A stretch of DNA of 64,000 nucleotides. Origin: Phaeosaccion multiseriatum (Eukaryota; Protista; Ochrophyta, other classes). The notes beneath the pieces are model-generated. The model did no database searches, was not told the origin of the DNA, and saw only the letters and a list, made by a program, of their open reading frames with translations. The translations under genes and the position numbers were made by a program. Of this stretch, positions 1 to 12,065 are shown piece after piece. The stretch spans positions 1,116,001 through 1,180,000 of the forward strand of contig OZ218959.1 in the NCBI GenBank assembly GCA_965112735.1. The letters are read 5' to 3'. How positions within the stretch are numbered: the stretch's first letter is position 1; every line of letters starts with the position of its first letter.

Positions 1-560
1 GGTAGACGAACAGCGCTTTGCAACACAGTATCGGCTGCTTTCTTAGCTCAGGCGACTTTGATGCGCCGCTGGGGGGGGGGAGGTGGCGATGGCACGGGAT
101 GGATCCGGTTTACGGTTGTCGAATCAGGCCCAGGGGGGTAGTACGATCATACATGGAGGGCGTATGTATGTATGTATGAGCACTGAGCAAGAGACGATTC
201 GTACAAACGTGTCGGGCTCGCTCATGCCCAGGAGTGGGCCTGCCAGCGGCTGCTGGTCTCTCTCTCTCTCTCTCTCTCTATCCCTCTCCCCCTCTCTCTC
301 TTTCTCTTTTCTTTCTTATCTGTCTCGCGCCGCTTATTCGTGCCTGAGACAAATCATCCTTGCGCCAAGAGATAGCGACGTCGGCTGAAGCCCCTCTCTC
401 GCCCCCCAGGCGCCCCTCTCGAGGGTTACCCCCAATGTTTTTTTGCAAAGAGTAAAATGTATTTCTCAGTGCAACAACTGAGGTGCTCACAATCCCGCAA
501 CGTGCAGATACATTTTCAGAACGTCAAAGGTCTCTCCTTGCCCCTCAAAAGTTGGCTTTT

Positions 561-2645
561 TTATTTTTTATGATTATATTTTCGGTGCTCATCCGTCCTC
601 ACGCCGCCCCCCCTTCGCTGAAGCATGTGCTGCTGGTGGAGGTACTGCAATCCTTCTTGGCCGTTGCTGTGGTGCTGTTGGTGTTGCTCCTGGGCCGGCA
701 TGGCTGTTGCAACAAAGAATTCCCGCGCTGCTTCCTTGAGCACCTGAGACGAGGGTTTGAGCACACGTGCATGGCATGTCAGTGATACATTTTAGAGCCG
801 CGCTGAAAGCAAGGCACTCACTAACTCACTCACTCCGCCTCCTGCAAAATTAAGCTATTGTGATTGTGTAGAGAAGGAAGGAGCGCAAGCAAAATGAAGC
901 TTGTGTTCGTCAAGAGAAAGGAACGCGGTGCCGTAGTCGTAGGAGGTGGAGCGAGCGTCACAAAGAGCAGGCGAAAGGGAGCGAGATGCGATGTCCTCAA
1001 AACACAAGCGATTTGAGTAAGGCAAGCAAAGAGAGGTTTCAACTTGTCGACAAAGGAGCACAGACACGTTCGTGGGGCTTCGGGCGTGAAGCGAAACAGT
1101 GGCGCGAGTATTGAGGGTTTCTGCTGCTGCTACTGCTGCTGCTGCTGCTCGTCTGTTCCAGCTACTAACCTGACTACTCGAGGCCATGGAGGTCCTGCTC
1201 TCCTCGAGCTCCCTCTTGAGCTGCTCCACCACCGCCCCCGACTCAAAGTCCTGCAGAATCGCCTCCATCCCTCCCATCCGCCGCGCCTCCGCCTTCTCTC
1301 GCCTGCTGGGCCCCATGGACATCTCAGCGGGGCTGCCTGCGGGGACTGATGTATCACCAACTGCTGCTGAGGTCACCCTTCCTTTCGTGCCACCAACACC
1401 ACTGCCGCCGCCTCTCGGCCCTATCCCTTGCTTTTGTGGCGGCTGCTGCTGCTGCTTTCGCCTCTGCCCGTGCTTCTCGTCTTGAGCACCACCAACAGCA
1501 GCAGCAGCAGTAGTACCAGCACCAGCAGCATCTGTGTGACAGTAGCCGCGGGTCGCAGAGGCAGAGGCGGAGGCGAAGGCACGTTCTCCCCCACTCCGCG
1601 TGGAGATGGGTGCTGACCGGCTCCCCCGTGGCCCTCTAGTGGTGGCCTTGCTGCCGTTTGTACCTCCTGTAGAGACTTCCCTCCCGCCTCTCCCACCGCC
1701 ATCTCTCGACGTGCCTGCCAATGAGCTTCCTTCTACTGGCGCTACAGCCGACCCTAGCATTGGTCCTCCATCTCTCATTCTTCGTCGATCCTTCGTGCTA
1801 CGCACCCCTCCGCCATCGTCATCCTCCCCCCCCCGCCTCGCTGCCATTGCTCGAGCTCCTTTCCAGCCCACTACTGATGCGTCCGAATTCGAACGACGAT
1901 ATTGCTGTTGTCTCATCACAGCCCCATTCCTCCCTGGCGGCTCCTGCTGTCTCCGCCGTTGTCGCTGTTGCGTCTCAAAGTGTATCCTCTGTTCGTCGTC
2001 TTCTTCTCCTTCATCCTCCACACCGCCCGACTGAGCGATCCGGTCACAGTATGCCATGGCCTGTGCGAGGAGATTGTTATCGATTCTATTCCTGCCACTC
2101 AATCCACCGCCCTTACCACCACTGCAGCTACTAACGTGTCTGCCTTTAAGCGAGCCTCCAGATACTCCTCGCCCCAACGCGGGTCTGTACGCATCCCCTG
2201 CCCCCCTCCTGCTCACCTCCTCCGCTAAGCCTCTCTCAATGTCTTGGAGGGAAGGTGGCGCCATGGAGAGGAGGGACTCAATCCCCTGCAGGATCTCTCT
2301 CGAGTCCTCGTCATCACCCACTGCTCCTCTTCGCTCTGGAATCTTCCCACTCTCGTCAGCCTGACGCCTCCACCCATCCATCTCCCCATCCGCCTCTGCT
2401 AGCCCCTGTCTAGAGCCACCGGCACTTTCACTTGCAGTCTCTGTCCACAGCAAGTGCTGCTGTTGCTGCTCTTGGCTCGTCGGCAAATTACTCTGTTGAG
2501 AGCGAGGTATTTTTTCTTCCTCGTCCTGCGAATACTTCCTCCCGCAAGCTCCGCTGCTGCTTCTATTACTGCTGCTACTGCTGCTGCTGCTGCTGCTGCC
2601 TCTACTACGGAACGACCCTGCCGACACTGGGGGAAACGAGGCCAT
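561..2645 (-). CDS. Uncharacterised low-complexity protein with short C-terminal coiled-coil; 2 exons, join(2645..1170, 743..561)
   Basis: A long ORF starts at ATG 2645. Phase-0 donor CAG|GTTAGT at 1170/1169 and acceptor TCTCAG|GTG at 744/743 join LKRELEESRTSMASSSQ to VLKEAAREFF. Stop TAA at 563-561. No family recognised. Confidence 0.6.
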
Positions 2646-2764
2646 CCGACACTCAGCAGAGATGGAAATTGTGGGGGGCCGTTACGTGCATACATCAGCA
2701 CGGAAACCATTCCGTTCAAACCGGAATTTCCCCGGCGGCCACCGGGCTGATAGGGCTATTTTGA

Positions 2765-2869
2765 CGTAAGGTCGTCCCGACGCCTATATATTAATCAAGT
2801 CAAACAGGATTTCCGCGTCGAGACATGAGGGGTCTTCACGTAAGGTCGTCCCGAGGCACGTAAGGTCGT
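2765..2869. repeat. Three copies of ACGTAAGGTCGT(CCCGA) in the divergent intergenic gap
   Basis: Direct repeats near 2765, 2838 and 2858, between the ATG at 2645 (-) and the ATG at 2918 (+). Confidence 0.7.
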
Positions 2870-2917
2870 TCAAACTACATGGCAATGAGGACGGCCTCCT
2901 AGACGCTACCTTGAGAG

Positions 2918-5061
2918 ATGAGAGGCATGGAGGCCGAACTAGAAGGCCAAGAGCCAGATACCTCTGGTGATACCCTTGAAAGCCGCGACAGGGACAGTCC
3001 TCTTGCGGATGAGGATGTTGAAAAGAGCAGACAAAGCACAAAAAAGCATGAAGCAATCCATGCTTTAGAGGGCTCTACAGGACCACCAGCACCCGTTGCA
3101 GCAGCGGGTATCATCGGTGACAGCATCACCATCAGTATCAGCAGCAGAAGCAGCAGCACGGGGGTCTATTAACCCCTACATCGCACGCACTGCTATTTTT
3201 GCTGCTGCTGTAGCTGCTGCTCCTGCTGCTGCTTTTCCTACAGTTCCTCCTGCGAAGAAAGAGAGGGGGCGAGGACGTCCCCGAGGGAGCAAGGACACTT
3301 CCGCCAAGTTGGATGGAGCTGCAGCGCCAGCAAAGAAGGCTGCTGGGCCAGTAAAGAGAGGGCGAGGAGGACCCCCAGGGAGCAAGAGCGCGAAGGGAAG
3401 TGCAAAGCCAGGTCCTGTACGCCAGGAAACGGTCGACAGAAATCGGGGTAATTGGGCCAAGATGGGATTTGTAGTTCCAGGCAGCTTTGAGGAGAGAGAG
3501 GGCACAGTTCTGGGCTCTCCACTACCATCTGTAGCACCAGCAAAGACGTCTTCTCCGGCCCTCCCACGCGCCGAAGCAGCTGCTGCTTGCACCAAGGAAG
3601 CATCAGCAAGAGGGACACCGGCAGATAGCTCAGGAGGAGAGGAACAGCTGCGGCTGGCGCCAAGGGAGGGCAGGCGTCTGCAGGAGAGGCATCGCGTCAC
3701 GCAGCTCGTCATGCAGGTGGGTGGGTGAGAGAGAGAGAGAGAGAGTCCTTCGGGGAGGGGAGGGAGCATAGAAGAGGAGCATGGGAAGAGAGGCATAGGA
3801 GAAAGTGGAAGATGACCGTAGGAGTTGATGTGCTCCCTCTCTCCCTCCCCCGTCCGTCCCTCCGTCCCTCCAGCAGAAAGCTCCGCAGAAGCAGCTGCCG
3901 AGACAGCAGCAGCAGCAGCATCTCCAGGAGGAGGTATCACATCACGCCGCTCGTCATGTCATGCAGGTGGGTAGGTGAGAGAGGGAGAGAGTCCTTTGGG
4001 GAGGGGAGGGAGCATAGAAGGGGGGCATGGGAAGAGAGGCATAGGAGAAAAGCAGAAGATGCCCGTAGGAATTGATGCGCTCCCTCTCTCCCTCCCCCCT
4101 CCGTCCCTCCGGCTCAAAGCTCCGCAGAGGCAGCGCCGAGACAGCAGCAGCAGCAGCAGCAGCATCTGCAGGAGAGGCATCACATCACGCCGCTCGTCAT
4201 GTCATGCAGGTGGGTTGGTGAGAGAGGGAGAGTCCTTTGGGGTGCGGAGGGAGCATAGAAGAGGAGCATGGGACGAGAGGCGTAGGAGAGAAGTAGAAGA
4301 CGCCCGTAGGAATTGATGGAGTGAGGGAGTCCTCGGTGGACAGAGGTGCGGCAGCCGGGCGACCACCAGAGAGGGGAGAGTTGTTAGCGAATTGTGCGAT
4401 CGACTTTGACCGCTGGGCTTGCGTCTGGAACGAGGGCTGCAGTGACGAAAGGACTCGGCAAGACGAGTGCACATCTGCGCCAGTACCACGACCTGCTGAA
4501 GAGGAGGATGAACACGAAGGCCACTATGAAGCCGATTCTTCAACAGGGGGCCAGCCTGACAGCAGACTTGTGGCGACCGGCTCCTGGGGAGGAGTTCACC
4601 ACTCCGTCTTAGAGCCACAGCCGACGTGCCCATCGCCAGGACAGCTCGAGCAGCTGAGGCTGAGGGAGGAGCCTATGTCTTTGGTAGCAGCAACTGCTGC
4701 GACTGCGGCTGCGAGTAGCGCCGAGGCGTGCATCCTGCGGGAGCAAGCCCCCTCCCTCTCTACTCAGGGTGGAAGCGTGCTTAAATAGCGGTGCTAGTGG
4801 TCGACCGGCCACACTTCGCGCTAAATCACAGCGGAAGAGGGCCTGTAAGATGTGCGAGAAGTGTGGGCATTAGCAGGAGGTTGGGAGGGGTGGCGTGAGC
4901 GTGCACACAGGGAAGGAGAAGACTTGTTGCATACCGACAAGCGGACCTGGAAGCGCAATCGCAATGGCGAGCTCATTCGAGAGACCCAGTCCGCCAGCAA
5001 GATGTATGGTGGGCCCTGTGAGTGTGTATTCTGCAGTTCATTCGCAGCTTCTAAGCCATAG
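2918..5061 (+). pseudogene. AT-hook-containing gene, apparently disrupted (frameshifts and internal triplication)
   Basis: RGRGRPRGSK and KRGRGGPPGSK AT-hook-like motifs lie in ORF 3096..3728. The frame changes between 2918..3172 and 3096..3728. There is a donor-like CAG|GTGGGT at about 3717. Downstream ORFs are fragmented. Confidence 0.4.
3680..4320 (+). repeat. About 240-bp tandem triplication of an exon end plus intron start
   Basis: The block tcacgc(c/a)gctcgtcatg...caggtggg...gagtcctt...gggagcatagaag...cgtagga(g/a)ttgatg recurs at about 3695, 3940 and 4185. Confidence 0.85.
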
Positions 5062-5180
5062 AAAGGCCAATACAGGGCCAAAAAAGGGGGGCAAAGTCTC
5101 TTCGCTTGTTGTAATCCACTAGCCAGTCGCCAGTTGTGGTGGGGGAATTTGAAATTAACTTAGGACGATATTCGCCATTT

Positions 5181-5296
5181 CCCCCCTGACACAGTATCGC
5201 CCACATTCTCGATAGCGCGCTATCGGGCATCGGCTAGCGCGCGGCCGATAGCGGATAGCGTGGCGCCGGCGATAGCGGATAGTGCGTCAGGGGTCG
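5181..5296. mobile_element. Small hairpin/MITE-like element, copy 1
   Basis: Imperfect terminal inverted repeats CCCCTGACACAGTATC ... GATAGTGCGTCAGGGG with internal GATAGCG/CGCTATC repeats. A second copy lies at 38881. No target-site duplication recognised. Confidence 0.55.
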
Positions 5297-5410
5297 AATA
5301 GAGGACGCGAGAACACACACCTTTGGAAACCTTTTTTTAATTTTTCTTTTAATTTAATTAAAAAAAAAAAAAACATAAATTGGAGAGTGATATTGAAGCA
5401 TCTAAGGAAA

Positions 5411-8400
5411 TCAGAGCTCATCTGAGTACGTGCCTCGCAACCTTTGTTCACTTTCCTTCACCCTTGCTCGGGCCCCGCCCCCCCCCTCGCTGCCCGCCCC
5501 TCCGCCCAAGCTACCCATGGTCTTACCCTCGGGGCCGCTAACTCCTCCTCCACTCCCTGCTGCGAGCCCCCCCATCACCTTCCCCTCGGGCCCGCTGACA
5601 TTGCTCCCCATCGCGTCAGGCCCTGACCCGAGATACCCCATGGTCTTACCCTCAGGGCCGCTAATGCTCTGGCCACTCTGACCACTCTGCATCCCTCCTC
5701 CTCCTCCTCCTCCTCCTCCTCCACTCGCTCCTGCCAGCACCCCCATCATCACCCCCCCGGGGCCGCTGAGAGTGCTCCCCCCCATCGACGTCAAGTTAGT
5801 ACCCGACCCGAGGCTCCCCATCACGACACCATCGGGGCCGCTGATGCTCTGGCCACTCTGACCACTCTGGATACTCTGCATCCCCTCTCCTCCTTCGCTT
5901 ACTGCTGCGAGCCCCCCCATCATCATCCCCCCTGGGCCACTGACATTGCTCTCCATCGGCCCTGACCCCGACCCGAGAGTCCCCATTACCATTCCATCCG
6001 GTCCCTTGACCCTGCTGCCGCGGCGACCACTACGCTCCAGAGACATAGGAATGAGAGATTCGCTCACCCGACTGCCCCGCAGAGAAAATGACGAGCGGTA
6101 GGAAGCAAAGCGCTTGGAGCTAAGGACGCGTCGCTGGATCCTGGAGCCGGCATTGCACATTTGATAGACCGCAGCTGAGATCAGAGAAACGTTCATGAGA
6201 ATGAGCAAGTAGCCGAAGATTTTTTGACACTGCTCGCCTTCCTCTGAAACGTCCACCTGTATCGACGACGAGGAGGAGAAGGGTGTAGGGGGGGGGGGGA
6301 GAGTGGGCCCATGTATGTCAAGGAAGGAAGAAAAGAAAGAAAGAGGAAGGAAGGAAGGAAGGAAGGAAGGAAGGAGGTGCTCCTCGCCGCTCACCTTTGT
6401 CGCGAAGGTCAGGAACATGGACAGGAAGATGATGGCCGCCCCGCTGAGGTACAGCTTGGTGTCTGCGGGGTCGGCGAAGGGTTGCACCGCGGCTGCGATT
6501 ACCATTGTCGCCACGCTGAACAAGCACGCCACACCCGCCTGTCCGGCCGTTCCGGCGAGCACAAAGACGAGCACTCCGGTGAGGAGGAGACGTCGAGCGC
6601 ACTCGCAGAGCTCCCAGTAGAAGTGCTTCTCGCGGTCTGTAGTAGTAGGTATGGAGTGGGGCAAGGGTCAGAAGCGTCCAGCCACGCAAGGAGCCGAGGT
6701 AAAGGGGGTGAGAGGAGGACATCAGAGTTAGAGCTCGCCTACAAAATGGGATTCTCTCTCTTCTCTTGCCCCAGCTACGTGCGCAGCCCAAGGGAGGAGG
6801 AGGGTTGGAGGGAAGAGAGAAGGAGAAGGGAGAGAGGGGAAGAAGAAGGGCCCGTGTGCACACAACACAACGGTTTCCGTTTGGTTGCTCCAGAGGTGCA
6901 AGCACGCTTCCCACTTACAGGCATTCCATAAGAACCCCGAGGACTGGACTTCCTTCTTCCTGGTCCGCCCTGCCGCCCCCGTGCTCCTCGTCCCCGCTTC
7001 CTCCCCACCACCCTGTGACACCTCAGCCCCGTCCGTGGCAGCATCGGCACCGACTGTGCCGTCAACCGCCACCCCGGCATGGGCAGGGTTGGTCTCCACA
7101 CCAGCGCCATCTTCGTCCTCTCCATCCACTCGTCCCTCGCGCAACAGCTGCTCCTCCTCCTGCTCCTTTCCGCTGCTGCGAGGTCTGCATTCTCTGCTCC
7201 TTCTCCGCAGCTCCGTCGCGAACATGTACGGTATGCCCATGGGGTACAGCAGAATCATGCAAGCGGCGTACACGCGGAAAGCCGTGTGGCGAGGGGTATA
7301 ACACTCGATGGCGTAGTCCGCGCGCAGGTAAGATGTGTCGCTTTCGTCGCGTAGGGAGTTGTCACACGCGAAGGTTTGAAAGACGACGGTACTTGTGCTG
7401 GAGTCTGAGGAGGAGGCATGCAGACAGACAAAGAGACAGACAGACAGACACACAGGTAGGCAGTTAGACAGGGGAGGGAGGAGAGAACCTAATGCAAAAG
7501 CGGGGACTAATGCATTGATCACCCCTGCCCTCCCTCTCTCTCTTCTCCTTCCTGACCCCCTGCCGGGCACTCACAGATGAGGAAGGCGAACACCAGCATG
7601 CCGTTCCAGAGCTTTTCTTTCACCGCTGCATCCCACTCCTGGACGCGACGTCTCTCCTTCTCTGCCTCCTCTGCCTCCCTGCGCCCCTCGTTCGATGCTT
7701 CGCCCGAAGACTGGCTCCTGGATGGGCGGCGGAGTGGGGCCGTTACGGATGACGTAGATGGGTGCTCCTCGAGTGCCGGTGGATTGGGGGTGTCGATAGA
7801 CGATTGGCCCTCAAGAAGCGGCGGAGTGGGGGCGTCCATTGAGTCACGACCGAACGCTCCCACGCCTCTCTCGTCCCCTGCCCTGCCCAGAGCAGTCGTG
7901 CCATCAGAAAACACAGAGGAGGGCTTGTTGGTGTTGTTCTTCTTCTTCTTTCTTCTACCCGTTTTCGTCACCACCACCAGCCGGAAAAGGTAGGTGAAGA
8001 GCAACACCAACAGCACAAGCGCGAAGGGCGCGAGTGTGGTGGCGAGCAAACGGTCGTAAAAGCCATCCACCCCGTCAAAGGCGCAGCCGACCGACAGCAG
8101 GCGACCAATATCCAGATCCAGCAGCGATATCCACCTCAAGAAGCGCTCGTAGGAGATTGGCAAGCGCAGGCCGGTGATGGCGAGGTACTGAGTGAGGATC
8201 TGGATCATGACCACGGGCGTGCGCAGCTTGCGCAAGGGCAGTGCTCGCACGCTCGCGCCTGCAGAGAGAAGCAGCTTGCCGAGTGTCGAGGCGGACTTGT
8301 CAACGTCCATGAGGGCTGCGTTGGTCTCGTCGACGAGCAGCGCCGACTGCAACGCGCGGTACAGCAGCCACAGAAGCAGCGCCAGGACGAGCGCAATCGC

Positions 8401-11400
8401 TAGCAGCAGGGGCACAGCGGCGCGAGTGGAGCTCCTGGATGGACATTCGTTACACTGGTGGCCGTTGAAGCTGTAGTAGCCGCTCGAGCATACGGCGCAG
8501 TCTGTGCGTGGGTGTGCGTGCGTGCGTGTGTGTGTGAGTTTGTGTGAGAGAGAGAGAGAATGTGTGTGTGGGCGTGAGATAGGGGGAAGATGGCACCGAA
8601 GGTTTCTCTACATGTTCTACTTTTTGAGGGCGAGTTTACACAAGGATGACACTCGCTCACCCACTCTCTCCCTCAGTCAGTCACCCAGGTCAACCACTCC
8701 CTCACTTCCTCACTCAATCACTCACTCTCACTCACCCACCCACTCACTCACTCATTCACTTCAACCATTCACGGATCCAACGCTCCCTTCCTTCCTTCCA
8801 TCCACTCACATGGTCCCTCGTACCCCGCGTTGCAGTACTCGCCCGTCTCTCTCGCAGCCACACCGCCCTTACACGCACCAGTGCCAAGGCACTCGCGCAC
8901 GTCTACAGACTGCAGAGAGACTCTCCAGTGCCCCGGCAGGAGGGGAATGTCCCGTGGGGTGGTGCCCACGCCGAAGCTGCTGCAAGCCATGGTGTCTGCG
9001 TCACACACGTCGCACATCTGCGCGTGGGTGTGGGTGCGTGTGCGGGGACAAGAGGGAGGGCAGGGAGGGGGCTGAGAGAGAGAACAGAGTGCGACAATGA
9101 TGAGCGAAGAGGCAAGGCTGTAGTCGCAAAGAAGCCTCCTCCTCCTTGAGTGAGTGCTGCCCCGCTCTTACGGAGTGACCTCAAGGTACGCACTGTGCGA
9201 TGACTCCTCTCACTGAGCCCATCGTTCGCCGCCTCCCCTCCCTCCTCCTCCTCCTCTTCTTCCTCCTCCTCCTCCTCTTCTTCCTCCTCCTCCTCCTCCT
9301 CCTCCTCCTCTTCCTCCTCCCCTCCTCCTCCTCCTCCTCCTCCTCCTCCTGCTGCTGCTCCTGCTGCCCTTCTCTCGTACCTCGTTACGAGGGGACCAGA
9401 ACTCGCCAATTCGGCAGCATGTTGTGTCGTCGTCTCCCAAGCTGATGTCCTCGCATGAGCAGGAGGAAAGGGCAGAAGCACACACCCCTGCGTCTCCTTC
9501 GCTCTCGTCGCTGCCACACAAACCCAAGATGTCAAAGTTCCCGTAGCAGCAGCCCGCGCTGTTCCCATGAAAGGCTATTGGAGTATCAGCAACCGCCACA
9601 TCAAGACCGCGATGGCGTTGCCCCTCCTCTCGACGAGCAGGGCCATCTGTGATTGTGATCGAGGCAGATGACAGTCCGCCGATGCCCCCCCCGCTCCGCA
9701 GACACTCATTGTTGGCGACGAGGGTTCCATCCCCAATGGAGAGATCGGAATCGCCGCCCAAGTAAAGGGCACCTCCGTAGGCCCCTGCCGAGTTGTTCGT
9801 AACGGTCGTCGCCAACAAGCGGAGGCTACTGACGGGGGCCACGAACAGGGCTCCGCCTGGTGAGAGGAAACGGGGGAGCGGAAACGGGGGGGGAGATTGA
9901 TGGAGCCAGCATTAAGGCCAGGGACATTAACGTGAGCCCGTCTGTGAGTGAGCCCAAAAAGAAATGATACACGTACGTACCATTGTCCGCCGCCGCATTG
10001 AGGTGAAAATCGCAGTTCTCAATTTCAGGAGTAGTCCCTCCGTCAAAGCCCGCGATAAACACGCCTCCTCCTCTGCGGGCGGTGTTGTTGACCACTTCAG
10101 AGTCCCGCAGCGAGCCGAGGCCCTCCAGGTACGCCACGTGCAGGGCTCCTCCGTCTCCGCTGGCCAAATTGTCTCGGAAGACGCAATTGTCGGCCGTCAG
10201 GTTCAAACTCTGAAACGATATTCCCGCTCCAGTGAAGGCGCGGTTCTTCGTAATGCTGATGACGTCCGAAGGGTTGGCGGGAGTGCCACCATCGAGGTAG
10301 AGCTTGCACTCCGCGCCCGAGAAGATGGCACCCCCCTTGGAAGCTTCATTGGAGTCGAAGGTGACGTTGCCCGTGATGTTGGTCGTGATCCCTTCGTGCA
10401 TACAGAGCGCTCCACCCTCCGCGATGGCCACGTTGTTTCTGAACACAGCGTCGTCGGAGATGTTAACGGTGACAGTGTCTGCAAACCGCACCGCGCCGCC
10501 GTATCTAATGGGGTCCCGCATCGGTCGGGGCATGCGAAGAAAGTCGAGAGGCAGGGAGGGAGGGAGGGAGGGAGGGAGGGAGGGAGGGAGGGAGGGAAGG
10601 AGGGAGGGAGGGAGGGAGGGAGGGGATGAGCTGATGACGTGATGCGAGGCCGCCATATTGCTTGACTTGTTGGCGGGTGCGAAACAGCACCCTCTTCTGA
10701 CAATCAAGTGGTGCAAGACGTGACACAGCCCCCACTCTCCGTCGCCACTCACCTCGCTTTGTTGTCCACAAACGAAGCTTCGTCTGAAACGTCGAGGATG
10801 CATTTGTCCTTCATGAACACTGCCCCTCCGTACAGCCCTGCCTCGTTCTCACAGAAGGTGGCTCTGCCGGTAAGTGTCAAATTGCTAAAGCTCTCGATGT
10901 GGACGCCGCCTCCTCCGGCGTTGCGTTCGATGACCTTGTTGCGGCACAACCACGCGTTATCTTGCATGACCATAGCAGTTTCAAAAGCGATAAAGACGGC
11001 TCCGCCTGCCAGGAGGGATACACACTGTTGTTTCGAGGAGATTACGAAGGGGTAGAGAAAGGCAGATCCATGTGGGCGGGTCGAGGGGGAGAGAGACGAA
11101 GGAAGCAAACCGTTACGGAGTGGGGGTGGGGAGGGGGAGGGGCTCGCAGAAAGGCAAGAGCAATAAAGGCCCTTCGCCGCAGGCCGAGTCTTGGCCAACG
11201 AGGAGGGCATCGGCCAGCCCATCCCGTCCGCTCCCGGGGAGAGGGCGCGGCTCACAGTGCAACCCTCCCGTCAATATACACCCACCACACGGACACACAC
11301 GGACATATACACCTGGCTGCTTGCTTACCGACTCTATGAAGCTGTCGTCGCTCATCTCCAGGGATCCCTCCGATACAAAGATCCCTCCGCCCACCAAGCT

Positions 11401-12065
11401 TGAACTGCAGTTCGTGATGGAGGCGGTGTCGTTCATCACCAGCACTGCGTTCTTCGCCCATATGCAACCCCCTACACTGGCATCAGAGGAGGTGAGCACA
11501 GTCGTACCCAACATCTCGACACGACCAATTGAGGGCGTGGCCTGGGTAGGTGGGTGAGTGATTGAGTGAAGGGCAGTGGCGGACGTCACTAGAGGCCGAG
11601 GAAAACAAACAGGTGGCAACCACGTCTCACCTTAGGGTCCCCTGTACCAACCCGTATGGCTCCGCCGTGGCCGTCGGTGTGCCCGTTCGCGAGCGTGATG
11701 TCCCTTAGGATAAGCACCGCCCCCTCAAGCACACTGAACAGCGTCGAGTTCCATCCCCCATCTATCTGCGACGTTGCTGCATCCGCCCCTGTGATGGCCA
11801 GAGTAGTGGTGTTCCCGACCACCGCGATCTCCTCGGTTACCAGAATGTTCGCCTCCCATGCCACCTCTATCCGCACAGGTGACTCAAACGAGGAGGAGGC
11901 GCTGCTATTTAGCAGGGCCTCCCGCAGCCGCGACACATCCTCCGCAGAGGTCACAGTCAGGGACACGACCTCTTGGCCACATACGGGTAGCAATAGCATC
12001 GGCAGCAGCAGGAGCACCAACAGCAGCTCCTGCTGCAACCGGAACAGCCTAAGTCTGACTTTCAT
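5411..12065 (-). CDS. Pmp-like beta-helix multi-TM surface receptor, paralog A; 10 exons: 12065..11631, 11541..11329, 11024..10753, 10504..9981, 9856..9381, 9017..8810, 8501..7575, 7404..6919, 6636..6395, 6256..5411
   Basis: Signal peptide (LLLVLLLLPMLLLPVCG|QE), repeated GGA[IVL]...FxxN motifs and a Cys-rich linker (CDVCDAD...CLGTGACKGG...CNAGYEGPYCAVC). About 9 hydrophobic segments follow, with motifs FQTFAC...YLRADYAIEC...YPMGIP...FYWELCECARRLLL...QPF typical of protist GPCR-related/TRP-like membrane proteins. All junctions are GT-AG and in phase. Confidence 0.85.

Noticed and set aside
5411-5425. C-terminal SDEL of paralog A as an ER-retention signal
   Set aside because: With a signal peptide and an odd number of TM helices the tail is predicted cytosolic, and paralogs B and C lack it.
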